Under the pieces are notes generated by a model, which made no database searches, was not told the origin of the DNA, and saw only the letters and a list, made by a program, of their open reading frames with translations. A stretch of DNA of 64,000 bases from Candidatus Falkowbacteria bacterium GW2011_GWF2_43_32 (GTDB lineage: Bacteria > Patescibacteriota > Patescibacteriia > Patescibacteriales > UBA12465): assembly GCA_000999715.1 (NCBI GenBank), contig LCGL01000002.1, positions 26,136 to 90,135 of the forward strand, given 5' to 3'. Made by a program: the position numbers and the translations under genes. Below are positions 1 to 9,031 of the stretch, piece by piece. The stretch's first letter is position 1; each line of letters starts with the position of its first letter.

Positions 1-295
1 TAATGGCGATCAAATAAGCGGCGCCGTATTGTTTTTTGATGGCCCAAATCAGCTCCAGGGCTTCTTCAAACAAACTTTGGTTGAAGATGCTTTGATAGAA
101 GACGATGGTTTTACCTTTGATTTCGGCGCCCAGGGGAATGCGCGCGTCGGATTCTTCATCCGGAAATTCGTCAAAATCAATATGGCTGAAATTAATGTGC
201 GGACCTAAGTATTCCTTGGCATGTTGAATGATTCTGGCGCCCAAGGGATGATTACCGTTACCGCTGTAGAACATGATGTTAAAGTTTTTTTCCAT
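1..295 (-). CDS. prs: ribose-phosphate pyrophosphokinase (PRPP synthetase), N-terminal part; gene runs off the left edge
   Basis: Manual reverse translation from the ATG at 295-293 gives MEKNFNIMFYSGNGNHPLGARIIQHAKEYLG...IKGKTIVFYQSIF...LELIWAIKKQYGAAYLIAI. This matches the Prs N-terminal domain layout, ending just before the expected IPY segment. It is absent from the ORF track because no stop lies inside the window. Confidence 0.55.
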   Translation of the reverse strand, partial: MEKNFNIMFYSGNGNHPLGARIIQHAKEYLGPHINFSHIDFDEFPDEESDARIPLGAEIKGKTIVFYQSIFNQSLFEEALELIWAIKKQYGAAYLIAI

Positions 296-490
296 GATTT
301 ATGTCCTTTCTTGTTTTATTTGTTGTTAAAGAATTTATTATCGGTTGACTGTTTATTTAATCATAAATCAAACATTTTGGCAATATTCGGACTTTACCCC
401 GAAACAAATAGACAAAATAGCGCTTTTTGTGCTATTTTTGTTATATAAAATCATGAAGAATTTAAATATTCGCAATATATCATTTGTATT

Positions 491-1999
491 ATGTTACTGA
501 CCAAAACCAACTATCTTTTATATCGGGAATGCCCGCAAAATACCTGGGTCAAGATTTTTGCGCCCGATATTTATCATGCTCAACCGTTGTCGGCTTTTGA
601 TCAAATGATTATGTCCACCGGCAGTGAAGTCGACGAATTGGCCAGGCAATTATTTCCCGGCGGCGTTTTGGTACAAAATCGGCGAGACGACGCGCTGACG
701 AAGAAGTTGATTAACGAGCGACAAGAGATTATTTATCAACCGGTTTTTTGGACCGACAAATTTGAAACCATCGCCGATATTATCGTTTGGAATAAAGAAA
801 AAAACGCTTATGACGTTTATGAAGCCAAATCCACCAATAGCGAAAGCGAAGGTCGGAACAAGAAAAAAAATAACGACCTTTACAGTCATGATTTGGCTTT
901 TCAGATCAATGTTTTAAAACAATTGGCGATTCCCGTGAATAAATATTATATCGTCCGGCTCAATTCCGAATATGTCCGGGCCGACAAGTTGAATATCAAA
1001 GAACTGTTTTCGATTGAAGACTTTACCGACCGGGTGACGGATTTATTGACTGACGTCCGGGCGGAAATGGATAATGCCTATGACTTGCTCAAGCCGGAAA
1101 ATAAGCCGCGCGGCTGTTCTTGTTTGACCAAGGGCCGAAGTGCGCATTGCACTTCTTTTCGCCATTTAAATCCGGAAGTGCCGGCCTATGGCGTGCATGA
1201 TATCGTCAGAATCGGCGCTTCGCCGAAAAAACTGGCGGAATTGGTGGACAGCCGGATTTATTCCTTGGATGACGTGCCCGAGGAATTTGAATTGACCGAG
1301 ATTCAAAGAAATCAAGTGGACGCCGCGCAATCGCAAAAAATACATTTAGATTTGCCCGGACTGGCGGAATTTTTGGACACCGTCAAATATCCGATATCTT
1401 TTTTGGATTATGAAACTTTTCCGGCGGCCGTACCGCGATTTGCCGGTTATCGCCCTTATGTCCATATTCCTTTTCAATTTTCTCTGCATGTTTTGGAAAC
1501 GCCGGCGGCGGAATTGCGACATTACGAGTTTCTTCATGCTCAAAATACCAAACCTGATTCGGCTTTCTTGGCAGCCTTGCAAAAAATGTTGCCCGACAAG
1601 GGTTCTGTGATAGTCTGGAACAAAACATTTGAAAGCGGCATTAACGAACAGTTGGCCAAAAGAAATGAAGCTTTTGAGTCTTTTATCGCGCAAGTGAATG
1701 GCCGGATTGTCGATTTGGAAGATCCGTTCAAGAAACAATTTTATGTTCATCCCGGATTTCACGGCAAAACCTCCATTAAATACGTTTTGCCCACTCTTTG
1801 TCCGGGATTTTCTTATAGCGCTTTGAATATCAGGGAAGGCGGCACGGCCTGCGAAACGTGGAATAAGACGGTGACCGGTGACGGCACCGATCAAGAAAAA
1901 ACCAAAAATATCCGCGACTTATTGGATTATTGCGAATTGGATACTTTGGCGATGTTTCAGATTTGGAAACATTGCCTGGCGCTTTTGCAGAATCAATAA
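491..1999 (+). CDS. DUF2779-type protein: N-terminal Cas4/RecB-like PD-(D/E)xK nuclease with Cys cluster plus C-terminal DnaQ-like exonuclease-type domain
   Basis: 502-aa ORF. The N-terminus (TKTNYLLYRECPQNTW) resembles DUF2779 starts. A D...DVYEAKS (D..ExK) motif is present. Cys residues at C14 plus CSCLTKGRSAHC resemble a Cas4-like 4-Cys cluster. The C-terminal half has ISFLDYET (DxE, ExoI-like). Confidence 0.6.
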   Translation: MLLTKTNYLLYRECPQNTWVKIFAPDIYHAQPLSAFDQMIMSTGSEVDELARQLFPGGVLVQNRRDDALTKKLINERQEIIYQPVFWTDKFETIADIIVWNKEKNAYDVYEAKSTNSESEGRNKKKNNDLYSHDLAFQINVLKQLAIPVNKYYIVRLNSEYVRADKLNIKELFSIEDFTDRVTDLLTDVRAEMDNAYDLLKPENKPRGCSCLTKGRSAHCTSFRHLNPEVPAYGVHDIVRIGASPKKLAELVDSRIYSLDDVPEEFELTEIQRNQVDAAQSQKIHLDLPGLAEFLDTVKYPISFLDYETFPAAVPRFAGYRPYVHIPFQFSLHVLETPAAELRHYEFLHAQNTKPDSAFLAALQKMLPDKGSVIVWNKTFESGINEQLAKRNEAFESFIAQVNGRIVDLEDPFKKQFYVHPGFHGKTSIKYVLPTLCPGFSYSALNIREGGTACETWNKTVTGDGTDQEKTKNIRDLLDYCELDTLAMFQIWKHCLALLQNQ

Positions 2000-2033
2000 C
2001 CGAATTGCCGTCGTTGACAAAAGCGGTTTATAA

Positions 2034-2519
2034 ATGATATGTTATTTTGACAGTTCTAAAAATCGTACTTTAAATCAAATAATTGAAATCATGGATTTAA
2101 CATTCTCAGTCAAGACCATTTGGGACACCAATTTTCACGGGGAATTGCTTTTCAGTATTCCCGGACGAAAAGTTTTCATTAATTATTTTTTGGGCGACGG
2201 TGCACGTGTCGAATTATTGACCACAGGCGGCTCGCTCGATATCACTTATGTAATCAATGGCGTGAAGTGCCTGATTCAAGGAGAATATCCGGATGTGATG
2301 CAAGGGGTTGGACCGCGCGCGCAATGCGTTTGGTCTTTCAGCTATCGCTTGATTTGCAGTAATGCTCTGGCGATGATTGCGGCCTCCGATAATGGAGAGT
2401 CGGTTATTAAGTCGGTTAAACAAAAATTCACCGGCAAGATAGCTGATTCGGCCGCAATAATTTTGTTTGATATTCCGTGTAAAAATGTAAATCTTGCAAA
2501 AAAAGGAGGTGTATCGTGA
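2034..2519 (+). CDS. hypothetical protein
   Basis: 161-aa ORF with no recognisable motifs. An alternative ATG lies at 2091. The stop overlaps the start of the next small ORF (GTGA). Confidence 0.4.
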   Translation: MICYFDSSKNRTLNQIIEIMDLTFSVKTIWDTNFHGELLFSIPGRKVFINYFLGDGARVELLTTGGSLDITYVINGVKCLIQGEYPDVMQGVGPRAQCVWSFSYRLICSNALAMIAASDNGESVIKSVKQKFTGKIADSAAIILFDIPCKNVNLAKKGGVS

Positions 2520-2683
2520 CAGACATTATTTTGACCGGGATTATTCTGACAGCGGCGAAAATCATTGCCCTTATTCTGACTATGGTCGGGATATATGCCA
2601 ATATTACTCTCAAGCTCAAAGTATCAACCGTCGCTTGGACTTTGGCCGCCATCATTCTATGGTTAATCGTACTTTTCGGTTGA
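2516..2683 (+). CDS. small hydrophobic protein (55 aa, two predicted TM helices)
   Basis: The GTG at 2516 overlaps the upstream stop (GTGA) and is preceded by AAAGGAGG at 2503-2510. Translation: VTDIILTGIILTAAKIIALILTMVGIYANITLKLKVSTVAWTLAAIILWLIVLFG. It is below the ORF-track size cutoff. Confidence 0.45.
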   Translation: MTDIILTGIILTAAKIIALILTMVGIYANITLKLKVSTVAWTLAAIILWLIVLFG

Positions 2684-2857
2684 AGATTATATTGATCTGC
2701 CGATCGATTGTTCGGACAATGTTCCGAAGCTTCAGTAACGTTTGAAACGCCAGTTTAATCGCCGGCGTTTTTTATTCTTGATAAAAATCAGCAATTGTGT
2801 TATCATTTTTTTTCTACCTTAAAAACTAATTATTCACTAAAAACAGGAGGGTTCATT

Positions 2858-3355
2858 ATGGACGTAATACATTTAGATCAGAAAATCACCGATATTACCA
2901 ACGCCGGACAAAAGTGGTTTGATAAAATAATCGCTTTGCCCGTCGAAGTGCGACAAGACACCAAATCGCGAACCGGTTTGCAAATTTTTGCCCGAGGAGT
3001 CGATGTCGCCAATTTTGCCATTGTGCAAATTCGTAATCCGTCATTGGACGACCAAGTGGAGGCCATAGAGCAGGCCGTCGTGGCGCGTCGTTTGATAAGC
3101 GATTATTCTAAAAATAACGCTAGCATCAAAGCCATGGAACTTCGAGATAACGTCATGGCCAGATTTGACGACGTTGTTATACAAGTTTCCGTAGCCGGAT
3201 TGCAGTCCGATGAAAATGTTTTGGTGGGGGTGGCGGTGCTGGCCGATATTTTCAAGAAAACGATTCCGGAGATATGTTTGAACATTGATTTTTATCGGGG
3301 TCGTTTGCCGGCTTTCACCAACCAGCGGCATTACCTTTACTCGCTTGTTTTTTAA
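2858..3355 (+). CDS. hypothetical protein
   Basis: The ORF track starts at 2795, but the ATG at 2858 follows a strong AGGAGG (2845-2850). 165 aa, no recognisable motif. Confidence 0.5.
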   Translation: MDVIHLDQKITDITNAGQKWFDKIIALPVEVRQDTKSRTGLQIFARGVDVANFAIVQIRNPSLDDQVEAIEQAVVARRLISDYSKNNASIKAMELRDNVMARFDDVVIQVSVAGLQSDENVLVGVAVLADIFKKTIPEICLNIDFYRGRLPAFTNQRHYLYSLVF

Positions 3356-3401
3356 GAAAATTCAGCGTTTTGTTCTTTAAATCGTTTAAAACATCGCAGA
3401 A

Positions 3402-3920
3402 ATGAAAAAAAGTCGTATTTTTATTCTGTTTATGGCCGCGGCGATAAGTTTGACCGCGTGTTATAAGAACTGGACAACGGAAACTAAGCAAGCTTATGAA
3501 TTTTCCCGTCTGGAAAGAGAATTGATTTGTCATCCGGAAAAATTGGTCCGGGTGCAAATTATCGTGCAAGAGGAATGGAATAGCGAACCGCTGTTGATTG
3601 TTCCGCAAAAAATCAGCCGCTTATTCGGTTATCCGCCTCTGTACAGTATAGAGATTACCGTGCCCTTGGAAGAGTACGGGCCGGAGTACTCCTTATCTTT
3701 AATCAGCTGTGAAAACAGAATTACGGCGCTGATTAATTATTTCGGCAATAATTTTCGGCAATCTTATCCTTATGCCCAGGGGAAACTACCGGAGATTTCC
3801 CATCTTCGGGAAATTTCCGATCACGGAAATAAAAATGGGGGCAACGAGGAAGAAGAAGATGAAGAAAAAAAGAAATTGGAAGCGCTTTGCTTGGCTTATA
3901 AAATCGTCAAGCGAATTTAA
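3402..3920 (+). CDS. putative lipoprotein with acidic C-terminal tail
   Basis: The N-terminus MKKSRIFILFMAAAISLTAC has a signal peptide plus a lipobox-like LTAC. Confidence 0.55.
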   Translation: MKKSRIFILFMAAAISLTACYKNWTTETKQAYEFSRLERELICHPEKLVRVQIIVQEEWNSEPLLIVPQKISRLFGYPPLYSIEITVPLEEYGPEYSLSLISCENRITALINYFGNNFRQSYPYAQGKLPEISHLREISDHGNKNGGNEEEEDEEKKKLEALCLAYKIVKRI

Positions 3921-3931
3921 CCCGTCCGACG

Positions 3932-3955
3932 AAACCCGTTACGGCGGGTTTTTCA
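3932..3955 (+). terminator. rho-independent terminator
   Basis: Hairpin AACCCG / CGGGTT with a 6-nt loop, followed by a T-run. Confidence 0.5.
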
Positions 3956-4049
3956 TTATTTCTAAATTTTACGTTTTTAAGATATAATATAAATAAGATA
4001 TTAAGATATCGTGTTTAAACGAACGAATTTTATTTTTAGCGATTAAATT

Positions 4050-5006
4050 ATGCTGTTTGTCACAGTTACCGTAGTAGTTTTATTAGCCTTGTTTTATCTA
4101 TTGGGAGAGGCGGCCGATTTGGTGATTCGCAATTTGCGCGCCATCGGAGAAAAAATGGGCGTCAGTCTTTTTTTTCTCGGTTTGCTGATGGGGATTTTTA
4201 CTTCTTTTCCCGAAATGGCTATCGGCGTCAACGCTATTATCGACGGTGTTCCCAATATTTCCTTGGGCAATTTATTCGGCGGCATCATGGTTTTGTTCGG
4301 TTTGATTTTGGGCGCGAGCGTCTTTTGGCAGAGGAATATTGAATCTAAGCAGGCCAATTGGCAATTCGGTTTGATTTTGTTATTTTTGTTTTTTCCCGTC
4401 TTGCTGGGCTTGGACGGAAATCTGGGCTTATTGGACGGCCTGATTATGATTATCGGTTATTTTGCTTTGTTGTTCGTGTTATATCGCCAACAACGGTCCT
4501 TGGTTGACGTTCCCCGTTTGACGAGCCGAAGAAATTTGATCAAGCACGCCTTCTTATCTTTGTTGGGCATGGTTTTGGTGCTGTTGATAGCCAGTTTGAC
4601 GATTGATTTCGCGACCGGTCTTTTATATAAACTGCCTTTGAGCAAATTCGTGATCGGTATCGTTATTTTTGCCGTCGGAACGAATTTTCCGGAAATTACC
4701 ATTGCCGTCAGATCTTGGAAGCATCGCGTCAATGAATTATCAATCAGCAATCTTTTGGGGTCCGGCCTCAGCAATATTTTACTGATAGGAATATTTTCGG
4801 CGACGCGCCCTTTTAAAATCAATATCGACGCCTCCTATTATCTGTTGATTGTCGGTTTGGCGCTGCTTTTGTCTCTGCTGTTTATTTTCTATCGCAGTGG
4901 CCGTGCCCTGAAAAGAGCGGAGGGGCTGGTGTTGATGGCCATTTATTTGACTTTCATTGCTTCTCAAATTATTTTAGAAACGTCGCCGTTGTTTAACGGC
5001 GCTTAA
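4050..5006 (+). CDS. Ca2+/cation antiporter (CaCA family, YrbG-like)
   Basis: 318-aa polytopic membrane protein with two alpha-repeat signatures, FTSFPEMAIGV and GTNFPEITIAV (GTSxPE-like). Confidence 0.8.
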   Translation: MLFVTVTVVVLLALFYLLGEAADLVIRNLRAIGEKMGVSLFFLGLLMGIFTSFPEMAIGVNAIIDGVPNISLGNLFGGIMVLFGLILGASVFWQRNIESKQANWQFGLILLFLFFPVLLGLDGNLGLLDGLIMIIGYFALLFVLYRQQRSLVDVPRLTSRRNLIKHAFLSLLGMVLVLLIASLTIDFATGLLYKLPLSKFVIGIVIFAVGTNFPEITIAVRSWKHRVNELSISNLLGSGLSNILLIGIFSATRPFKINIDASYYLLIVGLALLLSLLFIFYRSGRALKRAEGLVLMAIYLTFIASQIILETSPLFNGA

Positions 5007-5143
5007 ATCTGTTGTTTTACCGGTTCGCCGGATAATATTAAAAAATCGCCCGAGCGGCGTTTTTTGTTGGATTAAAGCTAAGCGATTAGGTCGGAATAAG
5101 GCGATTAAGACGATTAAACCGACAACAGATGATTAAACCGATA

Positions 5144-5644
5144 TCAAGCGATTTTGAGAATTTTATAAGTCAATTCTTTGTCCGGCAATTGAACGGTCAC
5201 AATTTCGCCGACACATTTGCCGATCAAGGCTTGACCGAGCGGGGAATGGTGGGAAATGACGCCGGCGGTCGGGTCGGTTTCCGTCGATCCGAGAATCAGA
5301 TAAGTTTTTTCTTGTCCCCGGCTTCTTAAAGTGACGCGATGACCGAGCTCGATTGTTCGGGTATTTTTATTCGGCTTGATGATTAAAGCGTTTTTCAATT
5401 GATATTCCAAATCCAAAATTCTTTGGTTGAGTCCGCGTAAGCGTCCTTTGGCTAGTTGATAGCCGGCATTTTCCGAAAAATCGCCCATCTCCGCCAAACG
5501 TTTGACTTCTTGAGCCGCCACCGGTCGGCGTTCTTGCATTTTTTTTAATTTGTTTCGGAGTAGCGCAAATTTTTCCTCGGTCAGATAAGGGTCAAAAGGA
5601 CTTTTTTTATTATGTTGCTCCGATTTTCTGGTGGGGACTTGCAT
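5144..5644 (-). CDS. greA: transcription elongation factor GreA
   Basis: 166 aa. A coiled-coil N-terminal domain carries MGDFSENAGY, and the C-terminal part carries SHHSPLGQALIGKCVGE, both typical of GreA. TATAAT (complement of 5651-5656) lies 6 nt upstream of the ATG, suggesting a leaderless mRNA. Confidence 0.9.
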   Translation of the reverse strand: MQVPTRKSEQHNKKSPFDPYLTEEKFALLRNKLKKMQERRPVAAQEVKRLAEMGDFSENAGYQLAKGRLRGLNQRILDLEYQLKNALIIKPNKNTRTIELGHRVTLRSRGQEKTYLILGSTETDPTAGVISHHSPLGQALIGKCVGEIVTVQLPDKELTYKILKIA

Positions 5645-5876
5645 GCGTTTATTATATGGATATTTGAATTTTTTAACAAGCCGGTTCGGATTTTTTCGGT
5701 TATTTTGCTATAATAATACTACAATCGGTTGACGGGAAAAAAGTTTGTCGGCTTATCGAGCGATTACGTAAGATAGTTTAAAACAAACTTGGCCGCAGGC
5801 GTACCGCTTGGGATGACAATAGGGATTTATTTTATCAAATCGCCGCCAGTTTTCAAATAAAATAATCGTTTAAATT

Positions 5877-8414
5877 ATGGATTTTCTCAAAACAAACGGT
5901 TTAGCCGGATTGACGGCCGAACAAGCGCGAGGGAGGTTGGCGGCCGAAGGTTATAATGAATTGCCGCAAGAAAAACGGCAAGGCTTTTTATCGGTTGCCA
6001 AAAGCGTGGTTAAGGAACCGATGCTGGCCTTGTTGTTGGCCTGCGTATCAATTTATTTGGTTTTGGGCGATCGGCAAGAAGCTTTAGTATTGTTGGGTTC
6101 CATTCTGTTGATTATTGCCATCACCATTTTTCAGGAAAATAAGACCGAGAAAGCGTTAGCGGCCCTGAAAAGTCTTTCCAGTCCGCGCGCTTTAGTTTGG
6201 CGCGACAGTCAGTATCAAAAGATTCCGGGACGGGAAGTGGTTCGCGGCGACATTATTCTCCTTAACGAAGGCGATCGGGTGCCGGCCGACGGGGTCGTAC
6301 TGGAAAATAATAATTTGATGGTCGACGAATCGCTTTTGACCGGCGAATCTTTGGCCGTCAAGAAAATTACCGGACAAGCGAAAGACGCCTTGGACAAACC
6401 GGGCGGCAGGGAAAGCGCCTTTGTTTATTCCGGCACTTTGGTGATTTCCGGTCAGGCGGTATTTTTCGTCAAAACAACCGGGTTGTCTACGGAAATGGGG
6501 CGGATCGGTGGTTTGCTGGGAGGGATAGAAGAAGAGAAGACGCCTTTGCAAAAAGATTTTACCAGAGCGGTTAAAGTTATTTTTTACATCAGTTTATTTC
6601 TTTGTTTGTCGGCCTTGGTGTTGACCGGCTTGTCTTCCGGAAATTGGTTGGCCGGTTTTCTGGCCGGCTTGACTCTGGCGATGGCCATCTTGCCGGAAGA
6701 GTTTCCGGTGGTCTTGGCAATTTTCACTTCCATCGGCGCGTGGCGTTTGTCCAAAAGAAAGATCTTGGTGCGTCATTTGAGCGCCGTAGAAAATTTGGGA
6801 GCGGCCACGGTACTTTGCGTCGACAAGACCGGTACTTTGACCATGAACGAAATGGAAATTCAAGAGATTATGCCGTTCAAAGAAGAAACGATTACGCTGG
6901 CCGCGGCGACAAAACAGGCCGGCGATAAGATTCGTTCTTTAATAAAAATGGCCGCCTGGGCCTCGCGGCGGGAAACTTTCGATCCTTTGGAAAAGGCCAT
7001 CAGAAAAATGAGAAGAAAATTTTGTCGCGGCGAAAATATTTATCGCGGTTTGACTTATCGTCAGGAGTATCCTTTGTCCGCCGGCTTGTTTGCCGTCGCT
7101 CACGCTTGGGAGAAGAAGGATGGCCGTTCGGTCGCCTATTCCAAGGGTGCGCCGGAAGCGATGGCGGAATTATGCCATTTGTCGGAAAAAGCCAAACATG
7201 ATTTGGAGGAACAAACGAAACAAATGGCCGGCCGAGGTTTGCGTCTTTTGGGCTTGGCTCAGGTGGAATTTTCCGGCGCTTTGCCGGAGAACATCCGAGA
7301 CTTTAAATGGAAGTTTGTCGGCTTGTTGGGTTTTCACGATCCGGTTCGTCCCGGCGTCGCCGAGGCCATTCAGGAATGTTATGACGCCGGCATCGCCGTT
7401 AAGGTCATTACCGGCGATTATCAGGAGACCGGTTTGAATATCGCCCAACAAGTCGGTTTGAGAAATTCTCAAGAAGCTTTGACCGGTTTTGATTTGGAGC
7501 GCTTGGCGGTCGCTTCTTTGCCGGAAGAAATCAAGCGGATTGACGTGTTTGCGCGCATGATTCCGGAAAATAAATTGCAAATTATTCGGGCCTTGAAAAG
7601 TGCCGGTGAATTGGTGGCCATGACCGGCGACGGCGTCAATGACGGTCCGGCTTTGAAGGCGGCCGATATCGGCGTGGCCATGGGCAAGCGCGGTACGGAT
7701 GTGGCGCGCGAAACTTCCGACATCGTTTTGATGAACGATGATTTTCCTTCCTTGGTCAAAGGCATTAAAGAGGGCCGCCGCATTTTTGATAATTTGAAAC
7801 GGGTGGCGGTTTATCTGGTGGCCATCCATATTCCGATCGCCGGCATGGTTTTTATTCCTTTACTCTTGGGCTGGCCGATTTTATTTTTTCCGGTTCATAT
7901 CATGTTCATGGAATTGATTTTCGATCCGATTTGTTCCGTGGTGTTTGAAGCCGAGGGGGCCGACAAAAATATCATGAAGCGTCCGCCACGCCGCATCGGG
8001 CAGTCTATTTTGAACAAGCATACCTTATTGGTGGCGGGAATTCAGGGAGCAACGGTTTTGGCCATTACCGTCCTCGTTTATAAATACGTTTTGACGGCCG
8101 GTTGGACGGAGAGTGCCGCACGGACGGTTACTTTCGCCACTTTGATTTTTGCCAACTTGTTGCTGGTCCTGGCCAACCGCTCTTGGTCGCTGGGTTTTTT
8201 CCAATCCTTTTTCAAAAAGAATAAAGTCCTCTGGCCGGTTATCGCCGCCGCTTTTTTGTTCTTGGGATTGGTCATTTATATCCCCGCTCTGCAAAATATG
8301 TTTGGCTTCGTCGGTCTGAACGGGAAGGTCCTGGTGTCTTCCTTCGGTACGGCCGCCATTTCCGTGTTGGTCTTTGAAATTTTGAAGTTTTGGCAAAGGA
8401 AGAAAATAGCTTGA
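5877..8414 (+). CDS. cation-translocating P-type ATPase (P2-type, Ca2+-ATPase-like)
   Basis: 845 aa with the motifs LTGES, CVDKTGTLT, TGDGVNDGPALK and PEEFP, plus a Cation_ATPase_N-like start (GLTAEQARGRLAAEGYNELP). Confidence 0.9.
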   Translation: MDFLKTNGLAGLTAEQARGRLAAEGYNELPQEKRQGFLSVAKSVVKEPMLALLLACVSIYLVLGDRQEALVLLGSILLIIAITIFQENKTEKALAALKSLSSPRALVWRDSQYQKIPGREVVRGDIILLNEGDRVPADGVVLENNNLMVDESLLTGESLAVKKITGQAKDALDKPGGRESAFVYSGTLVISGQAVFFVKTTGLSTEMGRIGGLLGGIEEEKTPLQKDFTRAVKVIFYISLFLCLSALVLTGLSSGNWLAGFLAGLTLAMAILPEEFPVVLAIFTSIGAWRLSKRKILVRHLSAVENLGAATVLCVDKTGTLTMNEMEIQEIMPFKEETITLAAATKQAGDKIRSLIKMAAWASRRETFDPLEKAIRKMRRKFCRGENIYRGLTYRQEYPLSAGLFAVAHAWEKKDGRSVAYSKGAPEAMAELCHLSEKAKHDLEEQTKQMAGRGLRLLGLAQVEFSGALPENIRDFKWKFVGLLGFHDPVRPGVAEAIQECYDAGIAVKVITGDYQETGLNIAQQVGLRNSQEALTGFDLERLAVASLPEEIKRIDVFARMIPENKLQIIRALKSAGELVAMTGDGVNDGPALKAADIGVAMGKRGTDVARETSDIVLMNDDFPSLVKGIKEGRRIFDNLKRVAVYLVAIHIPIAGMVFIPLLLGWPILFFPVHIMFMELIFDPICSVVFEAEGADKNIMKRPPRRIGQSILNKHTLLVAGIQGATVLAITVLVYKYVLTAGWTESAARTVTFATLIFANLLLVLANRSWSLGFFQSFFKKNKVLWPVIAAAFLFLGLVIYIPALQNMFGFVGLNGKVLVSSFGTAAISVLVFEILKFWQRKKIA

Positions 8415-8439
8415 CTTGTTTTTACTTATATGTTATACT
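8411..8439 (+). promoter_or_regulatory. sigma70-type promoter of the cold-shock gene (TTGACT-17-TATACT), implying a ~150-nt 5' UTR
   Basis: TTGACT at 8411-8416, a 17-nt spacer, then TATACT at 8434-8439. Long leaders are typical of csp genes. Confidence 0.5.
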
Positions 8440-8598
8440 AATAACTGTGCAAAAATAGTGATTAGAAAAGTAGTCGATTTTCAATTAGTCATATCTGGGG
8501 TCTGTCATCGTGTACCGTTTTCGGGCCGAATTTCGGAAAGAGTATCCGATGACAGATCCCTGCAATTTGCCACTTTATTTACTCAAGTTTTAAAGACC

Positions 8599-8796
8599 AT
8601 GAATGGTACTATTAAAACTCTGACTGACAGAGGTTTTGGCTTCATCGCCGCCGAAGGTCAAGAAAAGGATTTATTCTTCCACAGCAATGCTTTGGTTGAT
8701 GTCCAATTCAATGAACTTCGCGAAGGTGACGCGGTTACTTTTGACACAGAGAACTCTCCGAAGGGAATGAACGCGGTTAACGTTAAACGCGCTTAA
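8599..8796 (+). CDS. cold-shock protein (CspA family)
   Basis: 65 aa: MNGTIKTLTDRGFGFIAAEGQEKDLFFHSN... with RNP1 (GFGFI) and an RNP2-like motif (LFFHS). The ORF-track start at 8416 is an upstream extension. Confidence 0.9.
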   Translation: MNGTIKTLTDRGFGFIAAEGQEKDLFFHSNALVDVQFNELREGDAVTFDTENSPKGMNAVNVKRA

Positions 8797-8806
8797 TATC
8801 CTTCTC

Positions 8807-8841
8807 AAAAACACGCTCGGTTAACTCCGGGCGTGTTTTTT
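8807..8841 (+). terminator. rho-independent terminator
   Basis: ACACGCTCGG / CCGGGCGTGT stem (one mismatch) flanked by an A-run and a T-run. Confidence 0.7.
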
Positions 8842-8924
8842 GTATCGTGGCCGTGGCGCCGGCGCAATAACGACGCGGCTTATCGTTTATCGGCTCGGTC
8901 GCTTTTTAATTGATTATTTTCGGC

Positions 8925-8953
8925 TTGACAAAGTGTCGTTCGAATTGTAAAAT
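8925..8953 (+). promoter_or_regulatory. sigma70-type promoter (TTGACA-17-TAAAAT)
   Basis: TTGACA at 8925-8930, a 17-nt spacer, then TAAAAT at 8948-8953, upstream of the PurM-like gene. Confidence 0.45.
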
Positions 8954-9031
8954 AAATTATTCTTTGAAAATTAAATCAATTAATCGTCAAAATAAATTCA
9001 ATTAATCACCCACTAAAATCGGAGGTATATA

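Noticed and set aside
5077-5150. Clusters of GCGAT(T/A)A-like words (also 20505-20600)
   Set aside because: These are purine-rich, loosely periodic words with no fixed spacing or clear consensus. They do not match DnaA boxes or any site I know, and probably reflect compositional bias in intergenic DNA.
7170-7829. 219-aa antisense ORF inside the P-type ATPase gene (similar cases: 40725-41366, 53307-53963, 54420-54872, 1346-1894)
   Set aside because: These are shadow ORFs opposite strongly supported conserved genes. None has a recognisable motif.
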